Below, piece by piece: positions 9,006 to 16,044 of a DNA stretch of 24,134 nucleotides. Each line of letters begins with the position of its first letter. Position 1 is the stretch's first letter. The stretch is from contig JBGAJQ010000073.1 of NCBI GenBank assembly GCA_044224875.1, positions 1 to 24,134 on the forward strand. Direction: 5' to 3'. The position numbers and the translations under genes are program-made. The notes under the pieces were generated by a model. The model did no database searches and was not told where the DNA came from. It saw only the letters and a list, made by a program, of their open reading frames with translations. Source of the DNA: Gemmatimonadaceae bacterium (GTDB lineage Bacteria > Gemmatimonadota > Gemmatimonadetes > Gemmatimonadales > Gemmatimonadaceae).

Positions 9006-9095
9006 GGCTACCTCCGTAAATGACGCGTACAATAAACATCACTCGCTCATCATATCGCCACCGCGTGCAGGCGCCAGATCGCGTCGTCCAACAGG

Positions 9096-9470
9096 CTACA
9101 CAGCCCCCACCGCCTGAATCTCGATCTGGTATCCGTAGTGGAGCTCCTTTACCGGCACCAACGCTCGTGCGGGTCGGCTCTCGCCCATGATCCGCGAATA
9201 GACGCTATTGACCTCGCCCCACAACGAGATGTCCGAGACGTAAATCGTCATCTGCAGGACGCGATCGAGCCCGCTCCCAGCGGCCACCAAGATCGCTTCG
9301 ACGTTGCGCAGCGTGCGCTCGGTCTGTTCCGCGACGGTGCCCACTCGATGCTCCTTCTGTCCCGGTGTGATCGGGAGCTGCCCCGCGACGAACACGAGAC
9401 CGTTATGCACCATCGCTTGCGAGTAGTGGCCGGCCGGCACGGGTGCCTTGTCTGTCAATACAGGGTGCAT
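9096..9470 (-). CDS. RidA/YjgF family imine/enamine deaminase
   Basis: Motifs APVPAGHYSQA, AGQLP, RPAR (catalytic Arg) and IEIQAV. GAGGAG Shine-Dalgarno. Confidence 0.92.
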   Translation of the reverse strand: MHPVLTDKAPVPAGHYSQAMVHNGLVFVAGQLPITPGQKEHRVGTVAEQTERTLRNVEAILVAAGSGLDRVLQMTIYVSDISLWGEVNSVYSRIMGESRPARALVPVKELHYGYQIEIQAVGAV

Positions 9471-9482
9471 GGGCTCCTCACG

Positions 9483-9884
9483 TTAGGCAGTGGACATATC
9501 CGCGAGCGCCTTCTCGGCGTTCGCTCGGTTTCGCAGTACGCCCCAACGCCCCACGCCGACCGCCAGGAGGCACGAAGCGAGGAACGCGCTGGAGAAGGCA
9601 ACCCGATTGAACGTGCTCCAGGCAAAGGTGGCGATGGTACCGGCGACGATACTGCCTATGCCCCACATGGCAGTCCCCGCGCGCAACCAGGACGGTCGCC
9701 GCCAATAGGCGACCAGCGTCGTTGCCGCACCGACCCCCATCAGTACCTGCCCAAGTCCAACCAGTCCCCGCCACGTCACCAGGCCATCCGTCGCGAAGAT
9801 TCCGGGGGCCTCGCGGAGGGACTGCGCGCCCGTGAACGCCACGAGCACCAGCACCACAGGGTCAATCACTCGCCGAACATTCAT
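9483..9884 (-). CDS. Small hypothetical membrane protein (~4 TM segments)
   Basis: Four hydrophobic stretches. The ATG at 9884 overlaps the fahA stop (ATGA). Confidence 0.7.
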   Translation of the reverse strand: MNVRRVIDPVVLVLVAFTGAQSLREAPGIFATDGLVTWRGLVGLGQVLMGVGAATTLVAYWRRPSWLRAGTAMWGIGSIVAGTIATFAWSTFNRVAFSSAFLASCLLAVGVGRWGVLRNRANAEKALADMSTA

Positions 9885-11218
9885 GCGTTCTTCAGCGCCG
9901 GTTCTACCACGCCGCGACAGGTACCCAGCCCAATGCGCCGGTAACCCTCGCGCTCGCAATACCCGTGCATGACGACTTCGTCTCCATCCTCGAGAAAGCG
10001 ACGCACCTCACCAGTGGGAAGCGTGATGGGCTCCGTGCCCCGCCACGTCAGCTCCAGCAGGCAGCCGCGTGAGTGGCGGTCGGCCCCGGAAATCGTGCCG
10101 CTACCCAGAAGGTCGCCCACCTGGACGTTGCATCCGTTGCTCGTGTGATGCGCCAGCAGCTGGGCCGGCGTCCAGAACATGTCGGCCGCCGACGCCACCG
10201 AGAGAGGCACAGGTGCCTGATGCGCAGCGCGCATCGCCGCGCTCGAGAGAGAGACCTCGAGACGGATATCGAAGGCACCCAACTGCTGATCCCGTTCAGC
10301 AAACAGGTACGGCAACGGTGGCGGATCCCCCGGTTCACGGGCACAGGCCGCCTTGCGAAATGGCGTCAGTGCTTCACTGGAGATCAGCCACGGCGACAAT
10401 GAAGTCGCGAAGTTTTTCGAGAGAAATGGCCCAAGGGGCTGGTACTCCCAGGCCTGGATATCGCGCGCCGACCAGTCATTGAGCAGCAACACACCGGCGA
10501 TGTGCGACCCGGCGTCCTCGACGGGAATAGGCGAACCTAACGAGTTGTTCGCCCCAATCACGAACGCCAATTCTGACTCGTAGTCAAGTCGGGAGGACGG
10601 CGCGAATGCCGGCGCCGTCATTCCCTCCCCTTTCGTCTGCCCGCAGGGACGTCGCACCGGTGTGCCACAAACCACGAGCGAACTCGCTCGCCCGTGGTAC
10701 CCAATGGGTATCCACTTGTAGTTCGGCAACAGCGGCTGGTCGGGTCGCAACATCTTGCCGACATTCGTCGCGTGATGGATCGAGGCATAGAAGTCGGTGT
10801 AGTCGCCCACCTCCAGCGGCAGGCGCAGTTGCACCGAGTCCATCGCATGCAACAGATGAACGGCGTGCTCCCTGGTCGCCTTGCCCTCACTGGAATCAGG
10901 GCGCAGGCAGGACGAAAGCGCGCTGCGCAATGCTCGTCGCACCGCAGGGCCAAGTTGCAGCAGGGCGTTCAACGTCGGTGCGCGCGCAGCCTGCTCAATC
11001 CCGTTCAGGGGAGTAGCCATGAGCCCGCGATCGGCCAGCTCGGCCAGGTCCAGGACTTTCGCGCCGATCGCCACGCCGACTCGCCAAGTCGCGCCAGCGT
11101 TGGGACGAAACACGCCCAACGGAAGATTCTGGATCGGAAAGTCCGTTTCCGGCGCGTTCGCGCTTTCGACCCAGCATGCAAGCGAAGGATCGTGCGTGCT
11201 ATCGATCATCGATCTCAT
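9881..11218 (-). CDS. fahA: Fumarylacetoacetase
   Basis: Motifs WVESAN, DFPIQNLPLG, GDYTDFYASIHHATNVG, PIGYHGRASS, LDYESE, NDWSARDIQAWEYQPLGPF and GCLLELT. Start at 11218 or 11209. Confidence 0.93.
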   Translation of the reverse strand: MRSMIDSTHDPSLACWVESANAPETDFPIQNLPLGVFRPNAGATWRVGVAIGAKVLDLAELADRGLMATPLNGIEQAARAPTLNALLQLGPAVRRALRSALSSCLRPDSSEGKATREHAVHLLHAMDSVQLRLPLEVGDYTDFYASIHHATNVGKMLRPDQPLLPNYKWIPIGYHGRASSLVVCGTPVRRPCGQTKGEGMTAPAFAPSSRLDYESELAFVIGANNSLGSPIPVEDAGSHIAGVLLLNDWSARDIQAWEYQPLGPFLSKNFATSLSPWLISSEALTPFRKAACAREPGDPPPLPYLFAERDQQLGAFDIRLEVSLSSAAMRAAHQAPVPLSVASAADMFWTPAQLLAHHTSNGCNVQVGDLLGSGTISGADRHSRGCLLELTWRGTEPITLPTGEVRRFLEDGDEVVMHGYCEREGYRRIGLGTCRGVVEPALKNA

Positions 11219-12125
11219 CGGAACTGCCAAGGGGCCGCCATTCGTCCAACGGCTCGCGAAAGGAACACGATCCGAACCCATGGTATTGGGTCGAACGCAC
11301 CACCCGAATCTCCTCGGCGCTCAACACATGGCCACGCCAGGCCACACCGGCGCCGCGAATCGCTATTGCGTGCGGATCAACTTCGTCCAGCATGGCCACC
11401 ACGTCCTCCTTCGCGCAACCACGACTGACGAGCACAGTGGCAAGCAGCACGTTGAGGTATCCGAACATCGTCCCCCGCACCGCATCGAGCGCGTACGTGA
11501 GCGGGTACGACCCGCGCAGTGGGTGATGAAGCCCCGCGGTCGCCTTGAAGGCGACGCCCGACTGATGGCACGCGATCAGCGCGCGAGCCAGAGCGTCGGA
11601 GTGCGGGAATGCGTCGGCGGTGACGCCGCCGGTGCGCAACTTGACGCAGGCGCCTAACGACTTTACGGCCGTCACGTAGCGATCGATGTCGGGCCCGATT
11701 GGCACCTCGACGTACAGGGCCCACGTGGGTCCAACGAGCGGCCTCATACTGCTGATGACTTCGGCCGACGTGGCCTTCGTTTCAACCGCGTCCACCCGGC
11801 GACGCGGCCCTTGCCGGACCGCGAACTCATCCAGGACCGCACGGTCAGCCGCAGGTGCCCCGCTGGCCAGGACGCTCAGCTTCCACTCCACGTGAGGAGG
11901 TATCACCGGAAAGGAGTTGATCACCCCTTCCAGCTCCGCCATACGTGACGCGGGAACGACGAATCGACCGAGCGCCCATGCCTCGGAACCGGCGGCGTAA
12001 TCCAGGTAGTTTCGAGCCGCGTCCGCGATTCTGAGGCTTGCCGGCGGGAAGAGCCCGGCGTAGTCAATCGCACCGCCTAGCAACGCCCGCTGTACCTCGG
12101 AGACTCGGGTAGCGGAGGACGTCAC
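11199..12125 (-). CDS. Conserved uncharacterised protein (DYAGLFPP / KLRTGG / FKATAGLHH family)
   Basis: 308-aa ORF with enzyme-like motifs DYAGLFPPA, LGRFVVP, KLRTGG, FKATAGLHHP, GYLN and FGSCSFREP. Overlaps both neighbouring genes. Confidence 0.82.
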   Translation of the reverse strand: MTSSATRVSEVQRALLGGAIDYAGLFPPASLRIADAARNYLDYAAGSEAWALGRFVVPASRMAELEGVINSFPVIPPHVEWKLSVLASGAPAADRAVLDEFAVRQGPRRRVDAVETKATSAEVISSMRPLVGPTWALYVEVPIGPDIDRYVTAVKSLGACVKLRTGGVTADAFPHSDALARALIACHQSGVAFKATAGLHHPLRGSYPLTYALDAVRGTMFGYLNVLLATVLVSRGCAKEDVVAMLDEVDPHAIAIRGAGVAWRGHVLSAEEIRVVRSTQYHGFGSCSFREPLDEWRPLGSSDEIDDR

Positions 12126-12730
12126 TTCGCGACGTTTCGACCTCTGGCGGGCCGCCTCCGGCGCGTTGCAGGTGATCGCTCGTTAGGCGACGGTCGGGCC
12201 GCCGTTTCCTCTTCCAACCGGTGCCAATGCCGGGCCGCCGAGTGGTGCGTCCGCGCCAGGGTCTTCGGCGCGGGGGCGAGAATAGTGCCGCGACACTTCG
12301 GGGACCCGCAGTGGCAGACGTAGAGCGACTCATCCTCGGGCGTATGCGTGGCGTCGCGCTCATAGGCGTAGTCGTACGCCAATTCCTCTCCCTCGGCGAT
12401 CGAACGGATGGCGTCGATGTATATCCGTCCGTGATCGTCCACGGCTTCACAATTTGGGTCACACGAGTGATTGATGAATCGCGCGTCCGTACCGTCCACG
12501 GCGCCATCGATCACGGTGCGCGACGTCACCGCGAACAGAAAGGTGTGATGTCGACCCATGCCGGTGTCATCGTACCGCCGGTCCGCTTCCTTCCACGAGA
12601 TTCGTTCACCGCCGTACTCGGCAACTCGCTCTCCCTTGCGGATGCCGCGCGTGGCAAATGCGCCTCGCCCTTGTATGGCAGAACCCCGTATCTCGAACGG
12701 CTGTGGCTCAGCTACCCGCTTCCTTTTCAT
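12122..12730 (-). CDS. SET-domain protein-lysine methyltransferase with post-SET Cys motif
   Basis: Motifs SAIQGRGAFA, ARFINHSCDPNC, GEELAYDY and CHCGSPKCRG. Confidence 0.92.
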   Translation of the reverse strand: MKRKRVAEPQPFEIRGSAIQGRGAFATRGIRKGERVAEYGGERISWKEADRRYDDTGMGRHHTFLFAVTSRTVIDGAVDGTDARFINHSCDPNCEAVDDHGRIYIDAIRSIAEGEELAYDYAYERDATHTPEDESLYVCHCGSPKCRGTILAPAPKTLARTHHSAARHWHRLEEETAARPSPNERSPATRRRRPARGRNVAK

Positions 12731-12736
12731 CGGTGC

Positions 12737-13174
12737 CTACTTCGTCGCTAGGGACTGCTCAACGCGCGCACGATAGTGCTCGAAAATCTTTCGTCCTTCC
12801 ACACTCTCCGTGGCAATCCACTCGGCACTGCGAAACGAGCGAGGATTCGACTTCCGCAGCTCCGCTAGATACGGAGCAACGCGCGCATACAGGTAGAGGC
12901 CCTCGGAGTTGCTCTCGATCATGAAGTCCGGGTGCAAGACGCCATGCCGGGCCATACCATAGGCCATTTCCCAGTACGTCGAGACCTGACGGAATGCGGC
13001 GTTCAACGGGTGGTCTGTCTTCAGCACTGCAACGGCCTCATCGGCGTTCTTCGGCCAGTACTTGCCGTTGACCGCGGCGCGCGATTCACGCATGATCGGC
13101 TCGCGCCGCAGATCGTACAGCTTCATCACCAACTCGGCGTCGTGGTGGTCTGGATAGTCTTTTACTCGATTCAC
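12737..13174 (-). CDS. Hypothetical alpha-helical protein (possibly DUF4760-like)
   Basis: GTG preceded by AGAGGA. Conserved-looking blocks DAELVMKLYDLRREPIMRESR and FRQVSTYWEMA. First gene of the operon; family assignment is tentative. Confidence 0.75.
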   Translation of the reverse strand: MNRVKDYPDHHDAELVMKLYDLRREPIMRESRAAVNGKYWPKNADEAVAVLKTDHPLNAAFRQVSTYWEMAYGMARHGVLHPDFMIESNSEGLYLYARVAPYLAELRKSNPRSFRSAEWIATESVEGRKIFEHYRARVEQSLATK

Positions 13175-13297
13175 GTGTATTCCTCTGTAGGCCACGCGGC
13201 GCACCCGGTGCGCACCGCGGACGGCCGGATAATGTTCGGCGGAAGTACCTGACGCCAGTCGGGGCATCGACTGGTAACTACTCTCTTTGGAGATCCC

Positions 13298-13657
13298 ATG
13301 CGTCTCGTTCTACGCACGATGCTTCTCGCAATATCACTCGCGATGGGAACCACGGCGTGCTTCAAGTCAAAGCCCGGAAGCCAGATCGAAACACAGGAAC
13401 GCACCACCGTTCTGGTCGACAATCGTAACTTCCTGGACTTCACGATCTATCTCATCAGTGGCTCGCAGCGTATCCGCTTGGGTACGGCGACGGGAAACAG
13501 CAAGGCGCGCTTCACCATTCCTTCGCAGTTCGTGTTTGGGGCCACGCAGCTCCAGTTTCAGGCAGACCCCATCGGTGGGCGGACGGCACCGGTTTCATAT
13601 CCCGTCACGGTAAGCCCTGGTGACGAAGTGGAGCTTGTGATTCCTCCGAACGTTTAG
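13298..13657 (+). CDS. Small lipoprotein, beta-rich
   Basis: GGAG Shine-Dalgarno. Signal MRLVLRTMLLAISLAMGTTA-C with lipobox Cys. Alternating beta-strand pattern. Confidence 0.8.
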   Translation: MRLVLRTMLLAISLAMGTTACFKSKPGSQIETQERTTVLVDNRNFLDFTIYLISGSQRIRLGTATGNSKARFTIPSQFVFGATQLQFQADPIGGRTAPVSYPVTVSPGDEVELVIPPNV

Positions 13658-13752
13658 CCCCTGTCGTTGATCGGGACCCCACGAGTCCGAGCGCGACACC
13701 TCTCCGGAAAGGCATTTGACCGTAAGTGGCAATCGCTTCCGACTCGCGTAAG

Positions 13753-13792
13753 AAAAAAACACCACCGCTGCAAAGCGGTGGTGTTTGGTTTT
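13753..13792. terminator. Intrinsic terminator, probably bidirectional
   Basis: 13-bp stem AAACACCACCGCT-gcaa-AGCGGTGGTGTTT. A7 on the left gives a U7 tract for the minus strand; TTTGGTTTT lies on the right. Sits between convergent genes. Confidence 0.88.
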
Positions 13793-13805
13793 CGCGGGGA
13801 GGCTG

Positions 13806-14441
13806 CTAGCGAGTGGCGCGCATCAACGGGCTGACCACCTGACGAACCTGCTCGAAGGGCAGCGGGAATGGGAACCCTCGCGCACCCGGCCGTCGTCGCG
13901 GAACGCAGTGGTCGTCGTCGATTCCTCCACGTCCGCCACCGCGGAAAATCACGCCGATCACTTCACCGATCTCCGGAGGACCATCCCCTACTCGACCGCG
14001 GCCGCCGTTCGAGGCGCCAGCCACCTCAACGGGAACTGGGGCCGGGCGCGGCGCAACGCTTGGGACGCGCGGCTCATCTGCCGCTGGCGCTTGCTCAGTG
14101 GCCTCGGGCTGAGGATTCTGAGGCGCCTCGGCGACCTGCGGCTCCGGCGACGGCGACTGGTTGGTCGATTCAAGAGCTCCGGATCGCTTCCGCGGAACTG
14201 GCTTGGGCCGTGGGAGCTGCGTGGTGGGCGCCGAGTGGTTCGACTGCTCGATGTCAGAAACGACTCGAGCGCGTTCGAACCCTTGCGAGGCGTTCGCCAG
14301 TTGAAGTCCTTGATCCGAGCTGGCTGCCTCCAGGTCGCGCTTGAGGTCGTCCGACACGGAAGCGCTGGATCGGCCTCCGCCCTGACAGGCGGCTGCTCCC
14401 AGCGAGACGGTGATCAGACCAATCCACGATTGCAAGCGCAT
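13806..14441 (-). CDS. Pro/Glu/Gly-rich, largely disordered lipoprotein
   Basis: GGAGG-GCAT-ATG start. Signal MRLQSWIGLITVSLGAAA-C. Long P/E/Q/A-rich middle. Followed by the terminator. Confidence 0.78.
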   Translation of the reverse strand: MRLQSWIGLITVSLGAAACQGGGRSSASVSDDLKRDLEAASSDQGLQLANASQGFERARVVSDIEQSNHSAPTTQLPRPKPVPRKRSGALESTNQSPSPEPQVAEAPQNPQPEATEQAPAADEPRVPSVAPRPAPVPVEVAGASNGGRGRVGDGPPEIGEVIGVIFRGGGRGGIDDDHCVPRRRPGARGFPFPLPFEQVRQVVSPLMRATR

Positions 14442-14506
14442 ATGCCCTCCGATGTTTACTGCGCGGGGAATTACGCGTGAACGTAGCATTCCATTCGGGC
14501 CCCTAT

Positions 14507-14523
14507 AGCACAAGACGCGCCAG
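14507..14523 (-). promoter_or_regulatory. Putative sigma54 (-24/-12) promoter for the lipoprotein gene
   Basis: Minus strand CTGGCGCGTCTTGTGCT versus consensus YTGGCACGRNNNTTGCW, with exact GG-N10-GC spacing, ~65 nt upstream of the ATG. Confidence 0.6.
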
Positions 14524-14775
14524 TGCGAGTCCGAGCTGTCAGACGCCTCCAAGCTTCAAGTTGTCTCCGATCTTGGACAGGAAGGCGTCCCAACCTGATG
14601 ACGGACCCCGATTCCCAGCTCCGCTCTCTTATCGTCTCTACCGTGGGAAACACGCGAAAACACCCAACCCCTTCGTCGCTTATTCAGGCCGTAGGGGACT
14701 TCGAATCTGGAGGCATCCAGCAGTGAATCGGACGCCCCGCGATCGGAGCCACACTCGGCGCGCCGAGGCGGGCAA

Positions 14776-15324
14776 TCAGTGCATCGCCGAGCATGTGGAG
14801 TCGGCAGGAGTCGGCGCGCCATACCGCGTCGCAATCGTGCGCGCTCGTCCGGCGTCGTCGATGGAAACCGCAAACAGCCGATCGTAGACGGAGTCGCACA
14901 AGTCGCGCATCGATGGACCGCCCAGTGCCGCTACGATCGCCGGCACCGTATTGCTGTGGCCGACGACGAGCGTTGTCTTGCCTCGGTGGCGGCTCAAGAC
15001 CAGGTCCGCAATTTGTCGTGCGTGCTCCTTCGTATCTGCAGTGGCGGAGACGACCTCCGCAACGATGCCTAACGAGTCGGCTGCGGGGGCCCCCGTTTGA
15101 CGCGTTCGCTGAAATTGGGTGGTGATGACCGCCGTGACTCCAGCGTCCCGCGCGATCGCCACCAAGTCGAGGGCGCGCTGCGTTCCAGTGGGCGAGAGCG
15201 GCACATCCCCGGTGGGACCGGCCTTTTCCGCGTGCCGCACGACCAGCACCATGGTGTCCGGTGTGTAGGGTTTTGCAGCCGCCGTCAGCGACAGGGCCAG
15301 GATCGTCGTCAGCAGGCGCTTCAT
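14776..15324 (-). CDS. Histidine phosphatase superfamily (SixA/phosphoglycerate mutase-like) protein with signal peptide
   Basis: Signal MKRLLTTILALSLTAAA. Motifs VVRHAEK, RTRQT and LVVGHSNTVP. Confidence 0.88.
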   Translation of the reverse strand: MKRLLTTILALSLTAAAKPYTPDTMVLVVRHAEKAGPTGDVPLSPTGTQRALDLVAIARDAGVTAVITTQFQRTRQTGAPAADSLGIVAEVVSATADTKEHARQIADLVLSRHRGKTTLVVGHSNTVPAIVAALGGPSMRDLCDSVYDRLFAVSIDDAGRARTIATRYGAPTPADSTCSAMH

Positions 15325-15380
15325 GTGCGTCGTCGTTGGAGTTTTGAAGGAGGGGCGTGGGTCATCCGGCGAGTCAGTCG

Positions 15381-15911
15381 TCAGCTCCATCCCATGCGCT
15401 GGCGAAGTGATGTGATATGCGCGACATGGTGCCGCCCATGCCACTCGTACATGGCCAGGAGGTAGTCCAGGGAATGGGATCCGCTTTCCGGATGGACATA
15501 CGTCCGATCGAACGCGGCGGATGGCAGTGACTCCCACAGCGCGACAAAGCGGCGATGGAGGAGGTCCAGCAGCTGCAATGACACCTCCACATCCATCGCT
15601 CGCGCGTCCGCCAGCTCGGCCCACGCCGCCTCGTCGTACGGTCGAATCGTCGGACGGTCTTCGGTCAGCGCCAATCGGAGCCGGACGTAGGCGTTGAGGT
15701 GGCTATCAACGACATGGTGGACGACCTGCCGAACCGTCCAGCCACCGGGGCGATACGGCGTCGCCAGTTGTTCATTCGTTAGGCCGTGCACGGCGCGACG
15801 AAGTGCCGCAGGGGCTGCGGCGATCGAGGCAATGGCGCCCTGTCGCCAGGTGGCATCGGCGGCCACGGGAGGTACGAGCTGGCCAACGGGATATTGAAGG
15901 TCAATGGTCAT
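15381..15911 (-). CDS. YfiT/BstA-type DinB-superfamily thiol S-transferase (putative metal-dependent)
   Basis: Motifs DLQYPVG, TPYRPGGWTVRQVVHHVVDSH, PTIRPYDEAAWA and YEWHGRHHVAHI. Confidence 0.9.
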   Translation of the reverse strand: MTIDLQYPVGQLVPPVAADATWRQGAIASIAAAPAALRRAVHGLTNEQLATPYRPGGWTVRQVVHHVVDSHLNAYVRLRLALTEDRPTIRPYDEAAWAELADARAMDVEVSLQLLDLLHRRFVALWESLPSAAFDRTYVHPESGSHSLDYLLAMYEWHGRHHVAHITSLRQRMGWS

Positions 15912-16044
15912 GACAGGGGTCTGAGGCAGTTGGTCTCGAAGGCAGGACACGTTGAAACCTAGCGAGCGGCGACGGTTGTGTTCATGCGATTGTGACGACA
16001 GGATTGGTCACGAGTTGATGCGCCTCCGACCCTCACGACGTGGT

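Noticed and set aside
13785..14480. 231-aa plus-strand ORF and similar long antisense ORFs elsewhere (e.g. 274..1020, 23038..23952)
   Set aside because: Shadow ORFs expected at high GC; no motifs, and they lie opposite well-supported genes.
14595..14660. Hammerhead-like CTGATGA...GAAA
   Set aside because: I could not form stem II closing directly on the GAAA, nor consistent stems I and III.
15991..16012. CRP/FNR-like site TGTGA...TCACG in the yfiT/dppA spacer
   Set aside because: Half-site spacing is 12 rather than 6; only a 5-bp inverted repeat.
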